Of a DNA stretch of 64,000 bases, positions 12,801 to 26,000 are shown in pieces. The stretch's first letter is position 1; each line of letters starts with the position of its first letter. The DNA comes from Octopus sinensis (Eukaryota): contig NC_043011.1 in assembly GCF_006345805.1 (NCBI RefSeq), positions 57,176,464 through 57,240,463 of the forward strand. Direction: 5' to 3'. Under the pieces are notes generated by a model. That model was not told the origin of the DNA, ran no database searches, and saw only the letters and a program-made list of their open reading frames with translations. The translations under genes were made by a program, and so were the position numbers.

Positions 12801-15800
12801 TTTCTGTTCTAAAGTGATCAAAATCCCATGTTGATTAATTTTCTAAACACTAACTTAATAATAAAGCTATTAAAAAAATGTTTCACTAAATTCTTAATTT
12901 ATTTTCAAAAGCAATTGAAACAAAGGCAGTGTATTTCTTTAGAAATATGATAACAAAAGGGTTGAATGTGGAGACTAAAAACTTGTGAGTTTGTATCAGA
13001 AAGGTTAAACTTGTATAAAAACTATATTTTGATTTTAAATGTATATTTCTAAATCAGCTACTAATTCTAATGGCAAGAATCAGTTGTTGACCTTTAGTGA
13101 AATAAAAGCTGTTGGAATTTGTTTGAAATCAATTCAAATCTATTGATCTCTAATAAGTGCTTTGCTTCTATGTAGGGTCAAAGGCTAGAAAAAAAATATA
13201 ATAATAATAATAATCCTTGCTACTATAGGTACAGAGCCTGAAATTTGTAGAGAGGGGGTAAGTCTATTACATCAACCTCAGTACTTAACTGGTCCTTTTT
13301 TTATTGACCCCTGAAAGGATGAAAGGCAAAGTCAACTTTGGCGGCATTTGAACGCAAAACATAAAGACAAATGAAACCTGCTAAGCATTTTGCTCGGTGT
13401 GCTAACGATTCTGCCAATTCACCATAATAATTATAATTTCCAAAGTGACACACAGTTACTGATCTAATAAGTAGAAATAATAATCCTTTCTACTAAAGGC
13501 ACAATGTCTGAAATTTTGGAGGAGGGGCTTAGTTGATTACATTGACCCCAGTATTTCACTGGTACTTAATTTATCAACCCTGAAAGGATGAAAGGTAAAG
13601 CTGACCTCGGCAGAATTCAATCATAATAATAATAATAATACTTAAACTATTATTTGTTGCTGTTATTATTTCAATTACAAGCTTTTATCATTATCTAATT
13701 TGCGTAGCTTCTTTTTAGGTATTTCTGAGAGATATTACCTCAAGACTATTTAACCCCTTAGTGTTCAGATTACACTGTTAAATGTAATGCTTTTTTTATT
13801 TAAATTGTTTTGAATTAATCAAGCATTATCTCATAGCTTTGAGGTTTCAAAGATGTGATTGTTTATTTTTAGAATGTCAATGTAGGTTAGGTGTGAGAGG
13901 CTGGATATGGCAAGTTTGAATATGAAACATGTGAAATATATTGGGCCGGATTTGGCCACTTTAAACACTAAAGGGTTAAAGATTTTTTTTTTTTCTTTTT
14001 GTGCAGCTCATCCCACCTAAACAGTTGCGATGTTTCACTCTGTTTGAACTGTATTTTCTCTCTCTCTCTTCTCTTCCAGGCTGAGGTTTCCCCTGTGTAT
14101 GGAGCTGAAGCCCTCAATAAATATTTATCATTAAACGTGCTCTTCTCCATACTCAGAAATGAGGTGAGACTTTTACTTTGTTTTCTATTTTGATGAGAAG
14201 GTACACGTGTCCAGGTGTGGTGAGAAGGTAGCTTCATAATCACAAAGTTCCAGGTTCAATTCCAGTGTTTTCTGCTATAGTTCTGGGCTGACCAAAACCT
14301 TGTGAGTGGATTTGGTGGATGGAAGCAGAAAGAAGTCCACTGTGTGTGTGTGTGTTTGTGTCTCCCTGTATTGACTTTTGTGAGGCAGTTGTAAAATGAT
14401 TGTCCTTCATTTCCAGTCTTCCAAGAAAACATGTCTGGCCATTGGGGAAATATTTTGTGGCTTGGAAACAAGTGAGGGTTGGTGACGGGAAGAGGATCCA
14501 GCTGTAGAAAATCTGCCTCAGCAAACTCTATCTGACCCATGCAGCAAGCACAGGAAAGTGTACATTAAAATGACAACAATGACAATGAGAACAATATCAT
14601 CTATTATGATGACATCGTTTAACGTCCACTTTCCATGCTAGCATGGGTTGGACGATTTTGACTGAGGGCTGACGAACCAGATGGCTGCACCAGGCTCCAA
14701 TCTTGATCTGGCAGAGTTTCTACAGCTGGATGCCCTTCCTAACGCCAACCACTCCGAGTGTGTAGTGGGTGCTTTTTACGTGCCACCAGCATGGGGGCCA
14801 GTCAGGCGGTACTGGCAATGACCTCGCTCAAATCCTTTTACACATGCCACCAGCACAGGTGCCAGTAAGGCGACGTTGGTAACGATCACGCTTGAATGGT
14901 GCCCTTTTACGTGCCACTGACACGGAAGCCAGCTGGCTGCTCTGGCAATGATCACGCTTGGATGGTGCTCTTGGCACCCTACTAGCACGGGCACAAGTGC
15001 CAGTAAGGCGACGCTGGTAACCATATTGATTAAACATCAAACACAAAGCTATAAATTGATTGTAGATAATTTTAATAAGAGAGAAAGAGACTGTAAAGCT
15101 GTTTAGGCATTGGTGTTCTTGTAATGTTGTGCATTCTGGTCTTTCAGTTGATATCTGGCAGCATAGAAGCTCAAGAGGCTGCTTTGAAGGCAACACAAAA
15201 TATTGCGTCCACGTTGACCGACCAAATAATCGAGGTAAGTTGATCTGTTGTTTATGTTCTTAGTTGCTCGCTTAGATTCTTATGAAGGGGGTCCAAGTCT
15301 CTCTGTGTCAGTCGAGTCATCTTCTTCTGTCTCAGTCTATTCTTTACTTGTTTCAATCATTGGACTGTGACTGTGATTAATGGCCACAGTCCAATGGTTT
15401 CAGCTGAACAAATCAACCTGTGGGGGAATTACAACCGTGTTTCGTGGTCTGCTACCATAACAGCTCCTTTATAGGATCCAGTTACCCATTTTCAAGGCCA
15501 CCATGACTGGTGGGGAGGGTCAGGAGGAAATAAAGTTATTCTCAGATTGGAGACCCCTGTTGAAGATAACCAAGTGTCAAGATGTGGCATTAAACTTTGG
15601 TAAATGCTTAAGTTCTTTACTTAAGAACAGGAACAGCTCTGACATGCTTCCACAAAATTTCCTTTCACCAAATTTCACACAAAAGGCTTTTGGTCAAACC
15701 AAAGTTATATCAGAAGCCACTTGCCCAAGGTTCTCCACTGGGCTTCAACTTGAAATCGATGTTATTGGAAGTGTGATTACTAACCACATAGATGCAGGTA

Positions 15801-16969
15801 TGGCTGTGTGACAAAGGAACTTGCTTCTCAACCATTTGGTTTTGGGTTCAGTCCCACTGTGTGACACCTTGAGCAAGTGTCTTCTACTGTAGGCCTAGGC
15901 TAACCAATGCCTTGTGAAGGAATTTAGTAGATGGAAACTGAAAGAAGCCCATTGTGTATATTTGTATGTATGTATGTTTTTGCTTATGTCTACCCTTACA
16001 TTGCTTGATGGTTGTAAACGAGCATCACTGTCATATAAGTGGGCGTGTTCATTTTCTGCCTGCCATGGGACACTGGGAAAATATCACCTTATTTGGAAAT
16101 TGTTGAAGGCTGATGACAGAAGAGTATCCAGCTGCAGAAAATCTTACTCAGCAAATTCCATGCAGTCCATTCAAGCATGGAAAAGTGGACATTAAAACGA
16201 TGATGATGATGATGGTGGTAGAAGAATCTAACATTACTCGTTACTCCTGTTCACTCAGCTGGCAAAAATCAGTCTTAAGACTCACAGAGTTCCTGGTCAG
16301 CATCAAGTTAACATGGCAGCATTAGTGAGTCTGTGATAAGGCCAAAAATGTTTGGCTAAAACATGTCCAGCAATGGTCAGCTCCATCCCTCTTTTGCCTT
16401 CTCTCTCTTAGACTTATTTCTGCTTGGTTTTTATATATAAATCTGTGCCATTGTATCACTTGTCATTTTAAATCTTTTCTTTTTTTCTTTTTTTTCCCAA
16501 TAATTTCAGGATGACAGGGAGAGTCCTTTAAATTCATTCTTGAATTATATTTTAAAAGGTAACTTTTTTTAAAAAAAACTTTTTGTTTTCTTTTTATGAA
16601 AGAAAATTTTAAATGTCAAATTCTTGTATCTTTTACTTGTTTCAATCATGGAACTGTGGCTTTAATAGGGCACTGTCTGAGGGGGGGGGGTTCTCGGTCA
16701 AATATATCAACCCCAGTATTTTTGGTGACTTGAGTTACAGACATGCTAACAAACCAGCATTGGCTGCTAAGCAGTGGGGGAAGTTGACAAGTTCTCACAC
16801 ACACACATCCAAGTGTGTATGTTTGTATGTATGGTGTTAGGAAGGGCATCCAGCTGTAGAAATATGGCCAAATCAGACTGGAATCTAGTGCAGCTCCCTA
16901 GCTTGCCAGCTGTAGTCAAACTGTCCAACCCATGCTGGCATGGACAGTGGATGTTAAAAGTTGATGATG

Positions 16970-17004
<35 letters not shown>

Positions 17005-20000
17005 TGATCTTCCACACAGTTTCCATCTATCAGATTCAATCACAAGCCATTGGGTGATCCTGGGGATTTAGCAGAAGACGCTTCAAGTGTGACTGGGAAG
17101 CAAATTTCTTACCCCACAGCCACCCTTGCATCTCAAATATTTTCGAGACTAAGCCGAAGAGGTCATGTTTTATCCACCCCTCCACTTACATTCCTTCACC
17201 ATGATCTCAGTTTTGAGTCTTCGTCTTTATCAATGCTGGCTGCTGTGCAAATAAAATTGTTATGTCACCAGAACATAATAAATGTAATTGATGCCAGAAC
17301 AACTGGACTAAAACTGATGTTCATTTGTTCTCTTTTAGTGTCGTTGTTGTTTGTTTGTATTTGAAGCCGGAGGTGGGGGTTTTAAATGTAACCTTTTGGC
17401 ATTCAGATTACTTTATCAAATGTAATGCTTATTATTCCACATTGTTTCAAATTAACCTTGCATTATCTCATAGCTTTGAGATTTCAATGATGTGACTATA
17501 TTTTTAGAATGATGTTGTAGGGTAGGTGTGAGAGGCCAAACCTGGCCACTTTGAGCCAGTTTAAATGCTAAAGAGTTAAAGAATATGACTAGTTAACTAG
17601 TGGCTGACCAATTGTTTCATACCTGAATAAGCAATATTTTGTTTTACCCGTGCCGGTGACATGTTAAAAGAAAAGCACCATCTGAACGTGGCAGATGCCA
17701 GCGCCTCCTGACTGGCGTCTGTGTCGGTGACACGTAAATGCACCAACCGATCATGGCCGTTTGCCAGTCCTCTCTGGCCTTTGTGCTGGTGGCACGTAAA
17801 AAACACCCACTAGTGCAGTTCCCTAGCTTGTTGGCGTTAGAAAGGGCATCCAGCTGTAGAAGCACTGCCAGATCAGACTGGGCCTGGTGCAGCCTCCTGG
17901 CTTCCCAGACCCCGGTCAAACTGTCCAACCCATGCTAGCATGGAAAATGGATGTTAAACAATGATGATGATATAAGTGTATATTCAACAAAGAATTAAGT
18001 AAAACAATATCGAGGTAAAAGAAGCAATTTAATAAATCAAAAGATATAATATTAGTTTTTAACTGTATTTATTTCCTTATGTAACACGATATGCAGCAAA
18101 CCACAGACACAAAATCTTGATAACCGAACAATATGTAGATAATATTTTTAGTGAATTTAACATTTACATAATTGGGATGCTTCTGAGATCCTCTGTGTTT
18201 GGTAAATTGACTTTGATTAGCAAAGTTCTTTATGTCTGATCAATCCCTCATTCTCCAGAGAACAGCATACAACTGACCATGTGAAGCTGTTAGTAGTACT
18301 GTAAAGAAAATAACTTACTAAAATTAAACAGAAATGAATATTTATTTGTAAGTTTTCTTAAAATTCAAGGAACAGCGTTCATCATTTTCTTTCCATTTTG
18401 TAGTAAACTTTGTTTAAAAGAAGAAATTAATTTTTTTTAAATTAATAACTTGATGTCTTTAACGATCATATTGAGAGATATTTGTCTGTGTGTGTTTATA
18501 TACCTAGGTACATACAAACAAAGGAAGAGAATGAGAGAGAGTTGGGTAGAGTTGTGAACTAAACTAGAAGTTACACTATAGGCAGGCTGATTGGACAAGA
18601 ATTATTATAGGGATTGCCATGTATTTACAATTTCCTCTTAATGTTCCCAACCCCTGAACAGAATTTTTGATGTTCTGAGCAAAAATATTTAAAATTCAAA
18701 TCTAGTATGCATGAGTGTGTGTGTGTATGTGTATTAAAATGCAACTTATTAAGCATGCGTTTGTAAATTAAAATGAACAGCAGCATTCTGCTGCTTGTGG
18801 CAACAATATGACGACTTGCATGGCTGGTCATGCATCCTCTGCACGACTTAGAGGCAGTGATGCATGTAACAGTTTGTTATGGTGAATTCCAGATTAACAT
18901 GTATGGAGAGAAACAGATCTGGAAAGAAACCGAGTTTCAGAATTGATCAGTTGATCTCTTATTTTAGACTGTTTTGATGGTGTTTCTTTATGTTTTTGCT
19001 GACCAAATATTCAGATTGAATAAACAAAGGATACATTTGAATGTTCTCCATTTCAGTTTGCCGATTAAATAGTCAACAGGAGGAACAGTTTGTTAATCAC
19101 ATGAGGCTCCTTCATAGCGCTGCTTCGGCATCAAAAGTTTCTGCAATTCATATTCTTCAAGAAAAACTACCAGAGCTCTTGGAGATGAGTGAGAAAGCAT
19201 GTCAGGTAAGGAGACATCGTTTCTAGGTTCTCATTAATTGTTTGCCTGTTCAGGATCTGCAGAATTTGAACTCCTGCCATTACTACTCTTTTCTTTTAAC
19301 CTCCTCTTTCCTTCTCTCCTCTTCCTCCTCTTTTCCACTTCCTCCTCCCCTCCTCCTCTTCCGCCTCTCCCCACCCTTCCTTCTCTTCTTTCTCATCTCC
19401 CCTTCCTCCTCCTTTCCACTCCCTCCCCTTCGTCTCCCCTTCTCCTCTCCCCTTCCAGACTGAGCAGTGTATTCTTGAGCAAAACACTTCCTTTCATGTT
19501 GCTCCAGTCCACTCAACTGTAAGTGGGTGACCACCCTGTGTCAAAGCAGCCTTCCAATCAGAGGGAGTGTTGGCCTATTGACCTATCCAGCATGGGTGCC
19601 ATCATTTGAAAGCTAAACCAATGCAAAGTGCATTGGCAGCAGCGATGTATAACAACATCTGACAGTCTGGTTGATCAGGTGATATATATATATACACACT
19701 CACACATTTATGTATAGGTGCAGAGACCTTGTAGTTGCAAAGTGACCTTCTTGACCATTTAATCATGCTGTGGTCACCTACTTATTTATGTACACACACA
19801 CACATATGGAAAATGAATTTCCCTTATCACAACTTGTCATTGCACAATTAAATAGAGTGATGTTCCACAATTATTGATTCATTCACTGTTGATCTTCTGT
19901 ATTTCTTCTGTTATATTCATCAGTCAAACTGGAAAGTTCTTATTCTGAGGTGTATACATGGGTTTTTAGAAGCTACCAAATCTTTACCAGATTTGAAAAA

Positions 20001-23000
20001 TGGTGAGTAGACTTCTTTTTTTGGTAAAATCGATCCCTAACCTCAACTGTGATTCTAATTACATAGAAAAGAAACAAAAAATCTTCAATATGTTCCACTG
20101 TTTTAGGGATAAAACAGTTCTATATTTAAGAGATGAAGAATTATGTACATTATTTACATTTGATGAATATTTGTTCTCATCTTGTTTGTTGTTAACACAA
20201 CGTTTTGGCTGATATACCCTCCAGCCTTCATCAGGTGTCTTGGGGGAAATTTCGAACCTAGGTTCTCATTCCTAAGGTATTTTTCGATGTTATTATCATT
20301 ATTATTATATGCCCACAGGCATATGGTGTGGGCTACTAACCCCAAGATTCCAAGTTTGATTCCAGATGAATCAATGATGTGACCTCTTTGTAGTTCCTTG
20401 ATCTTCTAGAAATAGCAGCCAAATGTTTCTCAAAACATGTTCTGCCATCTTTACAAACGAAAGACACATTTGAAGATGTAGTCCTGGATACCTTTGTCTC
20501 AAATGAAGACACAAAATGTTCACAACTGGAATACCTTTGGTCATAAGTCTGCTGGATTGGGATTGACCTACAGCCAAAAAAAAATGCTCTTGTCTTTAAC
20601 TTCCAAATGCACAATGATTGCTAGGCTACATCCAGGAAAAACGGTCAACCGATGCCTTGTGAATGAATTTGGTTGATGGAAACTGTGTGGAAGCCCATCA
20701 TATGTATGCATGTGTGTGTTTCTTTGTGCTGTGTTTTGCCCCCCCCCCTAACATACCGGTGCAGTGAAAGAGACTGATAGAATAAGTGCCAGGATTTAAA
20801 ATAAATCCTGGGGTTGATTTGTTTGCCTAAACACTTGATGCTGGTGCCCCAGAATGGCCACAGGCTGATGATTGAAACAAGTATAATATAAAAGGTAAAA
20901 ACAGAAGGTTCGTTCAATAATGTTTTGTTATTATTTGCCCTGGTGGCAAATAAATGAAATTATTATTATTATCATTATCATTATTATTATTATTATTTGT
21001 GACATTACATTTGCTTGATATAAAAATGTAAAAGAGAATCCATAGAGGCTGGTTGTGGTCTGCATTTAGGAAAATCAGCAGAAAAAAATGCAATGGAACT
21101 GCCATGGGGCAAGTCCTTGTTCAGGGTTGACAAGAGAGAAATAAAAGAAAGACATCAGAATTTCACATTGTCTACATTTGAGAAACTGGCTTCTTGTATT
21201 TCTTTTACCTTGAAGACACACTCTCTGAAACATTGGATATTTCTTGTTCTCTTTCTGCCACTTGTTGCATATATTTCACTCCTTCTTTTAGAAGCTGATT
21301 AATTTCATTGTTCTCTTTTTCCTTTCTAATTTCTACAGAAGAAAATCCTGTCTCTCAGCATCTCAACAAAATATTTGCCATGTTCACAACTTGTTTAAGT
21401 AACTCGAGTGTCTCACTTTGTTTGATTAGTGTTAAGTGTCTTGCTTTGCTGTTGGATTATCACGACATCCTCGACCCTGATAAAAAGTCGTTAATTATGC
21501 AACACATTCTCATAGTTATGAGTAAAACAAAAGATGAAATTCTAAGGTAAGTATTTTGATTAATCCATTCGTTATCTCTACCTACCTGTGATTGCCCTCT
21601 TGTTCTATAATTCAAAATATCTCATTCTATGGTGCTCATTTTTAAATGAAACCCTGCCATCCTTATTTTAAGCAGAGATTTTTGTTAGGTTATGTTCAAA
21701 ATACTTGTTTAACCGTTTGCTTATCCAAAGCATTTTCATAAGTTTGTCCTAAATGTCCAGGATTGTTTCCAGGCTTTTAGTTAGCCTTTGGTTCATATGT
21801 TCTGAGTAACATAAAGCTTTCCTTTCATGAGACTAAAGTTCCTCCGGTGGTTGAAAAAAATTGGGAATGTATATCATATATGATGCGTGGATGCCAAGGA
21901 AATATATCTTGTGTGTCACATGTGATGCATGGGACAGGCAAAGGGCTGATGGTTCTTCATGTAAGCACCAGGCTAGAAATTTTTGTGACAGAGAGAGCAG
22001 TTGATTTATATAATTTGCAATACTCGGTTCGTACTTTATTTTATCAATCTAACCATCCAAACGTGGCCGTTGCCAGCGCCGCCTCAACTGGCCTCCGTGC
22101 CGGTGGCACGTAAAAAGCACCAACCAATCGTGGCTGTTGCCAGCCTCGCCTGGCACGTAAAAAGCACCCACTACACTTATGGAGTGGTTGGCGTTAGGAA
22201 GGGCATCCAGCTGTAGAAACACTGCTAGATCAGACTGGGCCTGGTGCAGCCTCCTGGCTTCCAAGACCCCAATCGAACCATCTAACCCATGCTAGCATGG
22301 AAAGCGGATGTTAAAAAAAAAAATCCTAAAATGAGGAAAAGCAAAGCCAACCTGAGTAGGATTTGAACTCACTACACAAAGGTCATAATTAAATACCACA
22401 AGGTATTGTGTTAATGCTCTGACAATTCTGTCAATCAGTTATTAGCTTGATAATGAAGTACTTTGTTATTTTAATAAATTCCTGAAAGTTTTGATCATTC
22501 TGAAAATGCCCAAGGACTGCCGCCATAGAAACCATGCCAGAGCAGATGGTGGAGCTTTGTGCTGTCCTCTGCCTAGCCAGCTCCTCTCAAACCATGCAAC
22601 CCATTCCAGCATGGCAACAGGGATGTTGAATGATGATGATGATGATAAGATCTTTCCCTTTGTAAGAAGTCAATAAGTGTTGCCCTAATGAAAAATCAAT
22701 TTATTTAATTATTTATTCAAACTGTAAACATTAATGTTCTCTTTTTCTTCTTTATCTTTTTTTCTCCTTCAAATTCTGTTGACAGATCTCAGTGTATTTC
22801 TACATTATCTGAAGCATCAGTAAAATACCCAGAAATCATACAACAGAATGTTCTGCCAGCCTTGTTTCAAATCTTAAAGAATGGTTAGTAGTATTCTTTA
22901 CTTGTAGATTGAGTTTTGTGATTTGATGCTTTTCGGGGGGAAAGAAAGTAGGGTGGGATGAGGTCGTGTGATTGAGTTACAGGAGGAAGGGGCAGTGCCC

Positions 23001-26000
23001 ATATCGTTTTTGCTGGGCTTTCAAGAGAAAGGAAGGAAGGAAGAAACTGGCAAGCCATGTTTGAATGCTGAGGGTCCCCAAGGATTTAGTCTACTACCCA
23101 ACAATAACAAATTGCTTGACCTGCTAGTATTTACAGTCAAATACCTCTCAAATCATACCCTGCTAAATCATAGGTACAGACATGGCTTTGTGGTTAAGAA
23201 ACACATTTTGCAATCTCAAGGTTTCGTGTTCAGTCTCAGTACAGTACTTTGGGTGTCTTCTATTATAGCCATGGGCTGACCACCAATGCCTTGTGAGTAA
23301 ATTTGGTTGCTGGAAACTGTGTGCAAGCTCGTGTATGTGTGTGTGTGTATATATATATATATGGCTGTTGCCAGCCTCCCCTGGCACCTGTGCCGGTGGC
23401 ACATAAAAAGCACCATCCGTACGTGGTCGATGCCAGTGCCACCTTGACTGGCTTCGGTGCCGGTGGCACGTAAAAAGCACCAACCGATCGTGGCCACAGC
23501 CAGCCTACCCAGGCACCTGTGCTGGTGGCATGTAGAAAGCACCCACTACACTCACAGAGTGGTTGGCGTTAGGAAGGGCATCCAGCTGTAGAAACGCTGC
23601 CAGATCAGACTGGTGCCTGGTGCAGCCTCCTGGCTTCCCAGACCCTGGTCGAACCGTCCAACCCATGCTAGCATGGAAAGTGGAAGCTAAACGATGATGA
23701 TATGTAAAGAGATCGGTTGTGGTGCTTTGCTTTTGGTATTTTCTTCATCTCTCAGATTTTTTTTTTTGTTTTCCTTTAGTTATCTACATTTCTGTTAGTT
23801 TGATTTTCAGGAACCAGAGACAACATATCGAACCAAAGCCATCAAATAAACATAAACAGTGCCCTAGAAGTATTTTCTTCAATTTGTATGCAACCTTCAG
23901 TCACAAAAGCTGTCTTACCAGAAATCTGGATTTGGTTAGAGAATTTAGTTAAAGGTAATGGAATCCACTTTAATACCTTTAATAGTGTAATTTGCATTAT
24001 TAACCTTTTCGTTACTGTATTTATTTTGAGATGCTCTGTGTTTCTATCAATTACTTTAAATATAACAAAGAATTTAGCAAAATAACTTAGTTATCATTAA
24101 GCTAGTGTTAGGAATATAAATTGTGACTAAGATTTGGTGGAAGATTTTAATTCAAAACTTATGATAACAAGACATTTATACTCAGAGCTAGAGCCGGTTT
24201 CAGCGGGGTTGGTAACAAAAGGGTTAATCACCTTCACACACAGGTATTTCACAATAGTGCTGACTTTAACCCTTTCATTATCATATCTCTGTTGAAACAC
24301 GTGGCTTTTGTTTCGGTTAATTTTGAAAATAATGGAGACTTTAGGAAAATGTAAAAAGCTCTATCTGAACGTGATTCATGCCAGGGCCACCTGACTGGCT
24401 CCTGTGCCAGTGGCACATAAAAAGCACTATCCAAACGTGATCGATGCCAGGCCCCGCCTGACTGGCTCCTGTACCGGTGGCACGTAAAAAGGACTATCTG
24501 AACATGATCAATGCCAGGGCCACGTGACTGGCTCCTGTGCCAGTGGCATGTAAAAAGCACCCACTACACTCTTGGAGTGGTTGGCATTAGGAAGGGCATC
24601 CAGATGCAGAAACATTGCCAGATCAGATTGGAGCCTGGTGCAGCTGCACTCTCCAGACCTCAGTCAAACCATCCAACCCATGCCAGCATGGAAAACGGAT
24701 GTTGAACAATGATGATGATGATGAACTTTGTCGTAATTAAGCTGGTGTTTGGAACATAATGTGAACTTTTAATGGGAGGTTTTAATTAAGATCACTATAA
24801 AACAAAGAATTTGTCTAATAGAACCATAGGCAGTTTCAGGGTGGGTCGGTAGCAGAAAGGTTAATTATCTGATAATGAGGCATAGTTGATTTATGTTTCT
24901 TTTGATTTTCTGTGACTCTTGACTGGGTGAATTGGTGATGCTTATCTCCCAAGATGCTTGGTTAGAGAGTAGAGACATAGAACATTGAAAGAAACTAAGG
25001 GGCAAGGAGTGGGGTTTTTGCTGCCCTTTTTTTGCAGGCTTTGTTGAAATACCATCTAAAGTAATCTCTGTTGTGTTTGTAGGCGATCCCAATAGAACGT
25101 CTGATGTCAGTAAATTATTTCACGAAGGAATGGAATCGTTACTCAAAATTACAATCATCAACTGCTCTGACCACCCGTTCATGTGTCCGGAGTATTTTTT
25201 TTCATGGTTGCTGCCTCGATTGTTAAAGTTAAACATTTGTCATCTTGTCGAAAGCGAAGTCTCGTCCACCACAAACTCAATCACAGACTGCACAAGCTCC
25301 ATCTTGAGGGAAATTTCAACAAGGCTTGACAAAAGGTAAAAGTTTTATTTTCCATTTTTATAAAAATTTCTCAGAAAGTCTGACCTTTGCCGCCAGCAGT
25401 TGTGTTCCTCGGCATATGTCATACACGTACCCCCCCTTTGGTTATAATGTTGACATTTTAATGGATATCATTATGATGCCATCAGGAAAAAATATTGGTG
25501 AAACACGTTTTTATTCATGAAAATTATAGAAATTAAAATTTTTTTTTATTTAATTGTCATCTTTATTATCGCCGCTGCTGCTGCTGCTATTACTACTACT
25601 ACTACTACTACTACTACAATCACTATTTTCCATCTGTTCTTTCATGGGTTGGACAGGTTGTTTTATTGTCTGAATCAGAACTAATTTGGAGTTACTGCTT
25701 TTCTAAATTGGTTGGCCACCACAAGATCCAGTCTTTGTTGTGATGTGGTGGCTTGCATGTCTTACTGACCCTGAAAGCTTTGCCAGCAGAGCATGGGGCC
25801 CTCCCATGCTAGACACATCAAAGGTAAAAGGCCAAGCTAATGTGGACCACTTCTTCCTAGAGGTAAAAATGGGTTTGTGTAGGGTGGAATCCCTGCCCTT
25901 GAGAAAAGCCAAGTTATAGAAGCATCAATAGCAATGCGAAATCAGCAAGATCTGGGAGAGAAAGACCTCCCTTCAGGGAAGCATATGATGCAGTGTAGCA

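Noticed and set aside
23390-23545. CRISPR-like look: palindromic ~25-nt repeat with ~40-nt spacers
   Set aside because: The spacers are homologous to each other, the module is part of a dispersed retroelement, the context is eukaryotic and there are no cas genes.
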